Shown here in pieces: positions 9,801-18,498 of a DNA stretch of 54,810 nucleotides. A program made the translations under genes and the position numbers. The stretch comes from a virus (Duplodnaviria; Caudoviricetes), in IMG/VR virus record IMGVR_UViG_3300045119_000359, positions 1 to 54,810 of that record; one strand, 5' to 3'. The notes under the pieces are model-generated. The model was not told the DNA's origin, ran no database searches, and worked only from the letters and a program-made list of their open reading frames with translations. How positions within the stretch are numbered: position 1 is the first letter of the stretch; every line of letters starts with the position of its first letter.

Positions 9801-12800
9801 GCGCTGCCAGCTTTGGGTTTCTGGCCGCGCCCTGTACCGCGGAAATCTGCTGCCGAAGGCCGCGCTGGATCTTCATGGCGCGAGCTGCCTGCTTCTCCAT
9901 CTGTCGCATGGCGGCGTCATCGAACCTGAACAGGTCTCCTGTCTCTGGATGCTCGGCGGCGCGACCCAGTGCCGCCTTCACCAGATTGGCTGCGAAATTG
10001 GCGGGCTTCCCTTCAAGGGATGACCTGATTCCTACCTGCTGCGCACCGGGGTTGCTCGGCGCTGCCTCCGCTATCTCCTGAGCCGCACTGTCGGTAATCC
10101 TGCCCGACTGGTGTAGCGCAAAAAGGTCTTCGCTGCCGTCTCGCGCAATTTGGAATCCGGCTTGGCCTTTTGCTCTCGCCAGAAGTCCTCTGGATTCGGC
10201 ATCTGCTTGGCTGAGTTCCGAGTGTTTGAAGTAGTTTGCATAATCTCCTACGCTCCCTTTCTCGTCTCTGATGTTTAGCTCGGCGTCAAGCCGCGCTGCT
10301 GCTGTCGCATCGAATCCATCAGACTCACGATGGATCTGCGATGGAATAGTGTCCTCTCCAGTTCGACGCGCCAGATCGAAGCGATGACGACCGGAAATCA
10401 GCTCCAGGTCGCCATTGTTACGCTGCCAGAGTTGAACCGGTGCTGTGCCTGTGCGCTCATATTTTCCGGCCAGCGGCTCAACAACTCCGCGCTCATTTGC
10501 ACCGGCCTTGAACTGCGGGACGTCTTTGGACAGGGTGATATTGTCCAGCGGGATCTCCATGGTAGGCTTGCCGGTAACCTGCGTGGTGGTTTCCGGAGGA
10601 GGACGCCGCGTTGGTGGCAATGGCAGCGGAAATACATCGCCACCAGCTTGCTGCTGTTGCTGCTGTTGTGGCTGCGCAAGCGCGTGAAGCGCGTTCTTAG
10701 GGACTTTAGGCGGCGGTTCCGGTGGAGGAAGCTCTCTCGTCTTTTCTGCGCTCGTTTTCGACGTCACTCTGGAGGTAGGCACGCTCCTCGTCGGAGATGG
10801 GATACTCGGGCCACCAGTTGAGGTCGTCGATGGCTCCGATTCCGGAGTTTGTGTCGATGTCGTCTCCGCTGGTTTCTCGGTTTCCGGAGTTACCGTCTGG
10901 GCCGGTGTTTCGTCCGTCCATCCCTTGAGTCGCTTCAGCTCCAAATCCGCTGCTTCGATCTCCTGCTTGCTCGCCTTCCATTCAGGCAGTTTACCAGTCC
11001 TCCGTGCTTTTACAATATCGGATACAGCACTCGCGGCGATGTCCGTGGCGTCACCTTCCGCCTTGTCAATCCGGCGCGGCTTCTTCTCCCCAGGAAGGGC
11101 TTCCCTGATGTCTCCGCCAACATAAACGCCCGGCATACTGGTCTTCAGGCTGGCATCCTGTGGAATTACCGGCCCCGGGATTGGGTTACCCTTTCGGTCG
11201 AAAGTCGGTCTTCTGGCAATTCCTTCCGGCATCCATCCGGTGTTCAGGCCAGTGGACAGGAAGTTTTCCAGATGCGCCACAGGAATGTCCACCACTTCTC
11301 CGGTAAGTTTCGATTTCCCATTGGCATCTGTTACTCTTTTCGCCACCTGCACAGTAACTCCACCAGTGGATGGATCTGGTGTTATTTTCTTGACCTCACC
11401 CTGCACAAACTCAACCCGGCCTTGTTTCTCGTAGGCTCTGAGCCTTTCCATTTGATCCGCGCTTGTCTCAGGGCCGAATGGACTTCGGGACAATGCGACG
11501 ACCTTTTTGGTTCCTTCCCGAAGTGCTCCAATGATTGCCTGAGTAGCACTGTTACCTGCGCCATTGGTCATCCCCACCTTTCCAGTAGAAAGGCGACTAA
11601 ACCGTTCGGCGTTTCCCCATCCGGAATGCTCAAATCCTGGTAGTTCTACTATCTTTGATCCGGTCAGGATGCCTACCCGCATGGCAGGTATTACTCCGTG
11701 GTGTTTTGTAATGATGTCCACTCCGCCGTCTGGTCGTGGCTTCAGATTAACCACCTCAACTCCTGTGCGAATCTCTGCTCCTCGATTTCGGGCTGTCAGG
11801 TAACGTGGACGAAAATAATCCCTGCCGGTAGTCCCTTCACCGGATGCCCCGGTGTTGATAATCTCCAGTGACCTCTTGGATTGGCCTCCGGTGCTTGTTT
11901 CCCTCTCCACTACAACAGTGTCAACGCCCTCGTAGGCAGCTTGAGCGGCAGCTTTTAATCCGCCTGCTCCTCCACCGATGATAACAAATTCCCGGGGCTT
12001 TCCTGATTCGTTGCGAATCTTATGTATGGCATCCCATGTGTTCCATAGGTCGGTCAGCACGCGGTCGTGCTCTATCGCAATGGTGCGCCGGTCTTCGCGT
12101 GCCTGTCGGGATTCACCCACCGGCTTCTTTTGTTTCAGGATATTGCCTGCCTGATTTCTCAGGTCGGCTGTCCGGGCCAGAAGCTCAGTAAGCCTTGGAT
12201 CATCCGATACCTGCTGGCCGGGTACGGCTGCGTCTGCCTTTCTTTTCGCCAGTTCCTGCGTGTATGCCATCCCTACAGGCGGCGCATTGGGATCGGCGTT
12301 CTGTGACTTGATGTACTCCTCAAGTTGAGGAGTGGTCATCTTGACTGGATCGGTTGTTACCGGCAGTCCACCAGGTTCCTGTTCCGGCTCAGTGGGTGTT
12401 TTAACAACCTCCTTCGCTGCCGCTGCCGCGTTCTGGAGAAAGTCGGAATCCAGCGTTGCTTTACTGGCAGTGGCCTCCTCGATCGTGTCAGTCAGATCTC
12501 CTACAGTGGCCGTGGGATTTCGTTCATCCACGACGGCGTATTGCTCGCCTCGTTTCTCGATGACGAACGGAGTCTCTCCCAGTGGCGACCCCTTGCCGTA
12601 TCCACCGGTTGCCGCGTACATCTCCTCGGCTCTCTTTACTTCTCCAGCCCGGGATGACTCAGGTGACGGCTCTAGTTCGGGCGGCGGTTCTTCACCGGAA
12701 ATGATTTTCCTGAGATGGGCTATCTCGTCCACCCTCTCCTGAATTTTCTCCTTTGGTATTCCATCTATTTTCGACAGAATGTTAATCTCGTTCTGTGCTT

Positions 12801-13650
12801 CCCCGATACGCCGCTGGAAACCCTCCATTTGATTTGGAGCTATCTGGACTGGCGGCTTGTCGATCGGCATGGCTTCAGTGCCCGGAGCTGGTATCGGTGC
12901 ACCGGGTAGTGGCTGTTCAACTCTTGCCGTTTCGGACACCACGCCGGGTGGAGAAAACTGCTCGGGCTTAAACGCTCCTGGCACTGGCGGGATTGCCGCG
13001 CCGGGTCGCGGCACTGCTCTTACGCCCGCAGGAAGAAACGGTTTCGCCATGGTGATCCCCATGATTGCATTGGCTACATCGCCTCCTACTGTCTCGACCT
13101 GCTCTGCAAGAGGCTTCTGACCAAAATTCTCGTAGCGGTAAGCCTCTGGATACATCTCCCTGTTGACCTGTTCCATCGGCTCGCCCTGAGCCAGTTTGTT
13201 TATGGCCTGACCGCTTTTGATAACTTCCTCGACTCCACCAACGACCGGGGTGGCAAACTCCGCCGCTCCACGCCATGATGTCGGCACAAAACCTGCCAGC
13301 ACCCTTCTCATGCCTTCGGCCACCTGATTTGCTTCCGGAGTGTTACGCCATAGATACTTGCCGGGATCTTGGGAAAACGGAGTTTCGGTTGTTCCGTAGA
13401 GCGACCGCGCCCTCTGGTTTACTTGAGCAAGGTATCCGGCTGCGCTGCCAAGTGCCTGATCCGTGGCTGGCTGGCTTGGAGGCGGTGTGGACGACTGAGC
13501 CGGAGCGGGTGTGCTTACCAGCTTTCCCCCAAGATCCGATAAATCAGAACCACCGCCACCGGGCGAAGGTGTGTTTACCGGAGTAGCTCCAAGATCGGAT
13601 AGATCAAGGGACGATGACGAGTCCTGGGTCACGTTGCTTGGCTTGGTCAA
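6886..13650 (-). CDS. Giant polyvalent virion protein: TrxB-like flavoprotein, ParB-like, GHKL ATPase and HExxH domains
   Basis: VIIGGGAGG/VVVERE/GAGNSA/TSMPGVYVGGDIR; LISGRHRFDLARR; KELLQNALDA/DTGIGMT/GGLGAAK/GTTV; NHEITH. The start codon is uncertain. Confidence 0.85.
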   Translation of the reverse strand: MTKPSNVTQDSSSSLDLSDLGATPVNTPSPGGGGSDLSDLGGKLVSTPAPAQSSTPPPSQPATDQALGSAAGYLAQVNQRARSLYGTTETPFSQDPGKYLWRNTPEANQVAEGMRRVLAGFVPTSWRGAAEFATPVVGGVEEVIKSGQAINKLAQGEPMEQVNREMYPEAYRYENFGQKPLAEQVETVGGDVANAIMGITMAKPFLPAGVRAVPRPGAAIPPVPGAFKPEQFSPPGVVSETARVEQPLPGAPIPAPGTEAMPIDKPPVQIAPNQMEGFQRRIGEAQNEINILSKIDGIPKEKIQERVDEIAHLRKIISGEEPPPELEPSPESSRAGEVKRAEEMYAATGGYGKGSPLGETPFVIEKRGEQYAVVDERNPTATVGDLTDTIEEATASKATLDSDFLQNAAAAAKEVVKTPTEPEQEPGGLPVTTDPVKMTTPQLEEYIKSQNADPNAPPVGMAYTQELAKRKADAAVPGQQVSDDPRLTELLARTADLRNQAGNILKQKKPVGESRQAREDRRTIAIEHDRVLTDLWNTWDAIHKIRNESGKPREFVIIGGGAGGLKAAAQAAYEGVDTVVVERETSTGGQSKRSLEIINTGASGEGTTGRDYFRPRYLTARNRGAEIRTGVEVVNLKPRPDGGVDIITKHHGVIPAMRVGILTGSKIVELPGFEHSGWGNAERFSRLSTGKVGMTNGAGNSATQAIIGALREGTKKVVALSRSPFGPETSADQMERLRAYEKQGRVEFVQGEVKKITPDPSTGGVTVQVAKRVTDANGKSKLTGEVVDIPVAHLENFLSTGLNTGWMPEGIARRPTFDRKGNPIPGPVIPQDASLKTSMPGVYVGGDIREALPGEKKPRRIDKAEGDATDIAASAVSDIVKARRTGKLPEWKASKQEIEAADLELKRLKGWTDETPAQTVTPETEKPAETTSTQTPESEPSTTSTGGPSIPSPTRSVPTSRVTSKTSAEKTRELPPPEPPPKVPKNALHALAQPQQQQQQQAGGDVFPLPLPPTRRPPPETTTQVTGKPTMEIPLDNITLSKDVPQFKAGANERGVVEPLAGKYERTGTAPVQLWQRNNGDLELISGRHRFDLARRTGEDTIPSQIHRESDGFDATAAARLDAELNIRDEKGSVGDYANYFKHSELSQADAESRGLLARAKGQAGFQIARDGSEDLFALHQSGRITDSAAQEIAEAAPSNPGAQQVGIRSSLEGKPANFAANLVKAALGRAAEHPETGDLFRFDDAAMRQMEKQAARAMKIQRGLRQQISAVQGAARNPKLAARLGVDVKDPVAVQRKIEQLKAELARWQNWPMHPDLVALTHEGEFGPDLPGSELPMKSSAPGYEKSPEQLDMDLAAAADKGSTLIHSSSGEDQIQMGMNKRQIVQLLGKSMYEKPILEVTTKELLQNALDASREAGSTAKNPKTIHIDYDADKRTITVKDTGIGMTPETVRKAFFTIGGTKKTGSPENTSGGLGAAKMAFQLGSERIRLETVKDKLKSTVDVSSDEIAQTLEEGSKATIKILKEQTNEPNGTTVTVKIPKSYIDNNGETHAIDFHKYPAFLDKPLLAPVEVVKNGETLPLGVHQKDWQKDNTFNFSWGKINVYVDPKFKTDYPKFNVLSAGLHQFDIYGNDVYGYGEAKIPYNFALDVRPNVRGDNPAYPFNNQREGFRSTIKKDVDSMYQYFKNQAVEQQLLEAQDVFKTIKQLPDIDPTKSLTKEQVDRINAAAKSQREIAPYTPRKVTSVDIGKDRIVTHYTGGESTETTPEQYIKPSFKPEREVDFEKTKLDVSHLDPTKPYLHNNTDAKFDDIPGAAEFETKIGNALIKYMREFGKAVGEKYADLAKTDHTGWFGGVSYDKSYRGLNTVSPFKAIWVNPGALSHYARTSPEAAAAETFYLFNHEITHVAKRTEGEPFTTEEGTNEARRVAKGVPQEKFLQALRNIYAEHWDTFNQINERLQDYNTKNRAESFKSSAALGPERPDETEVPRKRVSSFYAQGDVRFQRQRPTGAERAGETDQQAGSLGDILEGTASNEDAATGAAEAARHYGHDEEPVRTVEDQKPREPIGWDEALTKGKDWLAKGGDPNQVVRDFQRTGKVTTSSMGIARAHLNDLQSITNQVGDALTKHPKDEGLLKRFNEALNVEEKFSNAYRPMDAVARETLPVLNGYAPLDPASATSYTGLMRRFREIRGRDPMVTEEGAARRIAQKTKETQTDYMKSNADVYNTMDNEFKRIRTDREGPATLDWVTKLREVCG

Positions 13651-14605
13651 CCTGGTCTGGAGAAATTGCCCACTGCTTGCCGTCCGATGTCCTGACGTTC
13701 ACCGTGGTTCCTGATGGTGCGGGAATTGGAGCTATGGTCGATTTTTGTGCCTGAAGGTCTTGCCACTGCCTGTTCAGATCGACAAACGTCTGGGTAGGCA
13801 CCTTTCTGGGATTGGGAAGGATCTTTCCCGTGGCATCCCTTTGGTAAACCAGCTTGTATCCTGTCGGCTCAGGTGGTGTTGGTGCTGGGCCGAAACCCGG
13901 TATGTGCCATCCTTGAGGTTTGTACTCAGTCTTGAGCGTCGGGCTGTCCTGCTGGTAGTTCAGCACGGGATTCAGATCCGTGTTAGTTCGCGTGCCATAG
14001 AGCGTGTCGCTCATGGTGTGCATGAAGTCCTGCGTTTTCGCGCCAAGAGCTTTCTGCTTCAGGTTGATGGCGGCGGTCTCGTCCTTGTCCACCTGATTGG
14101 TGAAGTTGTTCAGGACGGATGGCGGAAGCTTTCCTGTCAGGGACGCTGCGCCATTGAGCATGAAGGTTCGGTATCCCGGGTCACCTGGGTTAAGACCTTT
14201 CGCTGCGGCCTGCGACTTGAGACCCAGCAGCGATGTTTGTCCCGACATCAGGTCGTCGTATTTCTGGTAGGCCAACTGGGAAACATCGGTCTGATGCTGG
14301 TAATCATTCTGCATCTTCTGGCGGGCTATGTCAGCCATGGTCATCTTGTAGTCGTTGCCCAGTTGCTGCTGGCCCATCCTCAGTGCAAACTCTTTTTCCT
14401 TGAGCTGGCTGTCGGCTTCCAGTTGAGAATTCCTAAGTGCCAATGCCTGCATTTTACCCTCAAACTCGTCCCTCTTGAGTTTCAGGCCGGTAGTGAGCGC
14501 CCATGCGTTCAGGAACTTTTCCGCCGGGTTACCCAGTGCGATGTTCTCATAGGGAATCCTGTCAGCAGCCGCCTGCTGCTGGTTTAATCCTGATGCGTCT
14601 GGCAT
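13604..14605 (-). CDS. Putative internal virion protein
   Basis: GGAGG RBS; Q/A-rich helical composition; position in the ejectosome block. Confidence 0.7.
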   Translation of the reverse strand: MPDASGLNQQQAAADRIPYENIALGNPAEKFLNAWALTTGLKLKRDEFEGKMQALALRNSQLEADSQLKEKEFALRMGQQQLGNDYKMTMADIARQKMQNDYQHQTDVSQLAYQKYDDLMSGQTSLLGLKSQAAAKGLNPGDPGYRTFMLNGAASLTGKLPPSVLNNFTNQVDKDETAAINLKQKALGAKTQDFMHTMSDTLYGTRTNTDLNPVLNYQQDSPTLKTEYKPQGWHIPGFGPAPTPPEPTGYKLVYQRDATGKILPNPRKVPTQTFVDLNRQWQDLQAQKSTIAPIPAPSGTTVNVRTSDGKQWAISPDQVDQAKQRDPGLVIVP

Positions 14606-14614
14606 AATGACCTC

Positions 14615-15652
14615 CTAGAGTACTAAGTCTTCAAAACCGGCTCCGCCGGAAGGAACTTGGTTGAACAAAACCGGGTTACCGCTCGCACCACTCGGGTAAC
14701 CAGACCCAAACCCGGGGCCGAAACTTCCTCCGAACCCGAATGGATTGTAACCTGCGGATGGCTGGAACGAACTCCACATATCCACTCCTCCGGTTGGGCC
14801 GGTGCTGAGATTGTATGAAGTAGGATCGCCGGGCTGACCAAAGGGACTCATCGCACCGGCGTTGAATTCATCCGCGCCCTGAAAGGGAGCGCCACCGGCG
14901 TTGCCGCTGAACAGGTTTCCTGGCTGAATGGCCTGCTCACCGGCGTACTGGGAAGGGCTGTAACTCGGCGCTGTTCCGCCGCCACCCTTGCCACCTCCTC
15001 CATGAAGCCCGCCGAGGTAAGCACCAAGCAGGTTGATAATGGTGTCGCTCACGCCCTTGGCCACCGGGTTGGGAGCAGCGTTCAGGTTGTTCTGAAGCTG
15101 CTTGGTCTGCTGCTGGTAGAGCCTGTTCTGCATGGTTGCCCCGAACTGCTCCGATGGCGACACGAAGAACGAGGCCGGATTCATCACCAGACCGGAAGCG
15201 ATCTGCGCCCATCGCTGCGCGGCGTTTCCCGCAGTTTCCTGCAACTTTGATCCCTGGTTAATCATGTCCAGTGAAGTCAGCCCAAGGTTGCGTGCCGTGT
15301 TCGACATTCCCATGGCTCCGCTCATAAGCCCGGACTGGAGGTTCTGGAACGCGGAGCTTCTGGTGACCGAGTTGATGACGTCCTGCGGTATCTGGCCGCT
15401 CAGAAACTCGCTGGCGGTTCCCTGCATTTTCTTGGTGAGATCGCCACCCATGGCGAGGATGTCGGAAAACCCGGGGATGGATTTGTCCATGAACCCGAGC
15501 ATGTAATCGTAGTACTTGCCGCCGAGTTTTGATATGTCGCCAAAGGCAGCCAGGTTCTCCTTGAGCGCCTTGATCTGTTCTTCGCCCAGGTTGGTTGGAA
15601 TGTAGGGAGCTACGTCAGGGGTATCCCCGAAGACTTCTGTTAGCGGATTCAT
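14615..15652 (-). CDS. Putative DNA pilot/ejection protein
   Basis: G/A/S/Q-rich with a Gly-rich C-terminus; position. Confidence 0.7.
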   Translation of the reverse strand: MNPLTEVFGDTPDVAPYIPTNLGEEQIKALKENLAAFGDISKLGGKYYDYMLGFMDKSIPGFSDILAMGGDLTKKMQGTASEFLSGQIPQDVINSVTRSSAFQNLQSGLMSGAMGMSNTARNLGLTSLDMINQGSKLQETAGNAAQRWAQIASGLVMNPASFFVSPSEQFGATMQNRLYQQQTKQLQNNLNAAPNPVAKGVSDTIINLLGAYLGGLHGGGGKGGGGTAPSYSPSQYAGEQAIQPGNLFSGNAGGAPFQGADEFNAGAMSPFGQPGDPTSYNLSTGPTGGVDMWSSFQPSAGYNPFGFGGSFGPGFGSGYPSGASGNPVLFNQVPSGGAGFEDLVL

Positions 15653-15657
15653 AGTGG

Positions 15658-17064
15658 TTATCTCGTCATGTAGTTGGAAACGTCACCCAAACCAAAGCCG
15701 TAAGTCTGTATGTGGATGGTGCGCCGGATCCCACCCAGATAAGCCTGGAGTTCCTTGTCCAGAATGTCGATGGCCGCAGCCCCGTTGAGCTGGGCGTTCT
15801 GCACATCCTTGGCTTCCTCCTGGAATTTCGCCATTGTCATCAGGCGGATGGCTTCGTAATTCTTGATGGTCATCATGTCCCCGGGCTGCTTCTGCACCCA
15901 GCGTAGCTTACAGACCGCCGTGATGCACGATCCATCCTGGCAGGGAGCGACCAGTTTGTATTTCCTCCTAGGCATTTCAAACCCGGGCTGCTTGTGATCG
16001 CCTTCGTCAATCAACATCGCGCTTTGCGGGTTCATCCCAGGCCCGTTATCGAGATGCTGGAAATACTGGCTGCGGATCGGGATCGGTGCCCCGTTGAGGT
16101 CAATGGCGTGAACCGCTCCCACGGCCTGCGGAAAGTAGATGTGACCGCCAACCACATTGGCTGTTATGGTAACCACGGTGTCTTTCCATGAGCCGCGCTC
16201 CATCAGTCGGCGCTCGGCCTGATTGATTGTCCATGTGAGGTCGAACTTTGAAACCCGGAGACCTTCCGGTACGTCGAGCGCAATCTGGGCGCGTGTCCAG
16301 CCCAGTGTGCCCTGAGCGAAGTTCACCAGGTCATCTCGGTATGCGGCCTTCCGGAACATATAGTTCCGTGGGTCGAAGATGTGCTTCTTCACCTCGGCCT
16401 GAAGCAGATCCATTCCTTCCTTTCGGTACGCCTGCGCCTGCTCGACGGCGTTGTTCTCGTAACGCTCGATCGACAGGATGATGCATTTCAGGGCTTCGAT
16501 GTTCTGCACGATGAGGTAGTCGTCGTCATTGGTCACCGGCAGGTAACGCTTCGCTCCCGTCGCCTGCACCACGCCGTTGGAAGGCTCTAACCCGGGGTAG
16601 AAATACACCCGACGAACATCCTGCGGATCGGCAGGATTCCCATTCAGCCCAAAGTCCAGAAGCGGATTATCCATCGCCATGCTGGGATCCATGTAGGCCG
16701 ACTGGTTGATGATCTCGTACCAGCCTCCGGTGGTGTCGCGGTTTCCGAACGCCTTGACGTCACCGACCGGGTGCACCTCGATGATGTTCTCCATCTGCGG
16801 AGGAAGGAACAGAAACCGGCTCTGGGCTGTTATGTTGGTGACCATCATGCCGCCGACCGGTATCATGTTGTCCAGCACGATCTTGGTAGCTTCGTTGAGG
16901 CGCACCAGCACACGCGGGTCATCCGCACACACGCCGTTGTCCACGACCCCGCAAATCATCGGGGCTGCGTCCCGGAATTGCAGGCCGCCCTGCAACGGCA
17001 AAGTTTCGCCCGGTTGCGGCGGAGGAGGAAACCCGACATCAATACTGGAAGGTGTGTCGATCAT
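15658..17064 (-). CDS. Putative head-tail adaptor/tail tubular protein with two tandem homologous domains
   Basis: RLNEATKIVL...AKRYLPV...IVQNIEALKCII mirrors INQAERRLM...KLRWVQK...TIKNYEAIRLMT. Confidence 0.6.
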   Translation of the reverse strand: MIDTPSSIDVGFPPPPQPGETLPLQGGLQFRDAAPMICGVVDNGVCADDPRVLVRLNEATKIVLDNMIPVGGMMVTNITAQSRFLFLPPQMENIIEVHPVGDVKAFGNRDTTGGWYEIINQSAYMDPSMAMDNPLLDFGLNGNPADPQDVRRVYFYPGLEPSNGVVQATGAKRYLPVTNDDDYLIVQNIEALKCIILSIERYENNAVEQAQAYRKEGMDLLQAEVKKHIFDPRNYMFRKAAYRDDLVNFAQGTLGWTRAQIALDVPEGLRVSKFDLTWTINQAERRLMERGSWKDTVVTITANVVGGHIYFPQAVGAVHAIDLNGAPIPIRSQYFQHLDNGPGMNPQSAMLIDEGDHKQPGFEMPRRKYKLVAPCQDGSCITAVCKLRWVQKQPGDMMTIKNYEAIRLMTMAKFQEEAKDVQNAQLNGAAAIDILDKELQAYLGGIRRTIHIQTYGFGLGDVSNYMTR

Positions 17065-17065
17065 G

Positions 17066-17881
17066 TTAGTACCCCACGAAGATGATCCATCCAAGGGCGA
17101 TGAATGGGTTGATAATGCTGACCGGATCAGGCGTGGCGTTGCCGTCATCGCCAGCGTAAATCAGCCTGTTCTCGGTGTTGCTGGGATCAGGAGGAGACCC
17201 TGGCCCGCTTATCAGGTGCGGGTCACCAAACATCTGACCGGTGTCGCTTCTAGCGTTCCCGCTGGCAAACCACCGGCCTGACCACAGTTCCGGTCTGGCT
17301 TTCTGGTAGGTGTTGTCGGCAGTGGAGGTGAAATCAATCGCGCCACCGGTGGCCTTTGCCGCCTTTTTGTCTATCCAGCTCACCCACTCTCCGTCCTCAT
17401 AGTCGTTCTTGCTGTCGGTCTTGTTCATGTGCGCCCCGAGGAGGAACTTGTCCGACAAATCCGGAGTGCCATCCTTACCGTTGCAGATGTGCCAGCCGTC
17501 ATACTCCAGACCGGAGTTCCCCATCCCATTGGTGTTGAACAGGGCAGGAGCAGGGCCGTAGCCCGGTGCACCATGGTAAGCCCTGATCTCTCCAAGCATC
17601 CCGTTGTACACCCTGCGCCACGCACCATTGGGGCCGCTTCCCTGCCAGAACACCTTGATGGCAATCGGGCGTCCCTGGCTGTCTAGCTGAAACCACACCT
17701 TGTCTTGGTCATCGACATCCGGAGTGCCGTTCTTAACCACGTAAGGAAGGTAGCTTCCCACGATCTCGGAATGCACCAGAGAGTTGGCCAAGGTAAAGAG
17801 CTGAGTCAGGTTCAGTGGTGCCGCTCCGGGCAATGGCATCGAAAATTCGGTATGAACCGGAGGATTTATATTGTTAGGCAT
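17066..17881 (-). CDS. Tail protein with tail-collar-like domain
   Basis: GEIRAYHG...GWHICNGKDGTPDLSDKFLLGA...NPFIALGWII. Confidence 0.75.
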   Translation of the reverse strand: MPNNINPPVHTEFSMPLPGAAPLNLTQLFTLANSLVHSEIVGSYLPYVVKNGTPDVDDQDKVWFQLDSQGRPIAIKVFWQGSGPNGAWRRVYNGMLGEIRAYHGAPGYGPAPALFNTNGMGNSGLEYDGWHICNGKDGTPDLSDKFLLGAHMNKTDSKNDYEDGEWVSWIDKKAAKATGGAIDFTSTADNTYQKARPELWSGRWFASGNARSDTGQMFGDPHLISGPGSPPDPSNTENRLIYAGDDGNATPDPVSIINPFIALGWIIFVGY

Positions 17882-17882
17882 G

Positions 17883-18197
17883 TTAAGTTTTTGAGGTTGA
17901 TTTCTCTATAATTATCATGGCGTGCAGCCGAAACCGGTCGAGTACCACATGGCCGCTCCCGCTGAATTTCACCTGAAATGCAAATCCCCGGCGCAGGCTT
18001 CTCTTGGTGGTGCCATCGCAGGAGTTCTGAGGTTTACCCATTGAGACCCGTGGAGCAAACCCGGGCTTTGCGGTAGGATTACCACCGGCGTCAATCTCCC
18101 CAGGGTCACCGATCATGTCGAATTTCTGGGTGAATTCACGCCATGGCACCCAGTATGGGAAATTGTCTGGTCGGTATTCAACTTTCAGCGTGTGCAT
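17883..18197 (-). CDS. C-terminal fragment of split tail tubular protein
   Basis: VEYRPDNFPYW...RRGFAFQVKFSGSGH beta-rich end; TAATG-coupled to the endonuclease. Confidence 0.7.
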   Translation of the reverse strand: MHTLKVEYRPDNFPYWVPWREFTQKFDMIGDPGEIDAGGNPTAKPGFAPRVSMGKPQNSCDGTTKRSLRRGFAFQVKFSGSGHVVLDRFRLHAMIIIEKSTSKT

Positions 18198-18496
18198 TAC
18201 TCAATATACCTCCGGCACTTCTCCATGAACTCCTTGTCCTCGACTACTGAAACCTTCCAGTTACAATTTTGGCACAGTAAACCCCTGACCCTTCCGGTGT
18301 CGTGATGATGGTCAGCCGCAAGACTGTAACGGAGTTCTGATTGATGTTTCCCACATAGGGCGCAGCTCCCGTTTTGGAACGCAAAAAGGATCACATAATC
18401 ATCCCGCGTGAACTGAGTTCCGTTACGGTTCTTAATGCCATACTTCTTCCAGTTGTGCTGTCTTTGCTTCCTGCCAGTTCTGTCCCTGATTTTCAT
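18197..18496 (-). mobile_element. Endonuclease VII-like homing endonuclease inserted in the tail gene
   Basis: KYGI...CALC...LAADHHHDTGRVRGLLCQNCN; ATG 2 nt after the upstream TAG. Confidence 0.88.
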
Positions 18497-18498
18497 TT

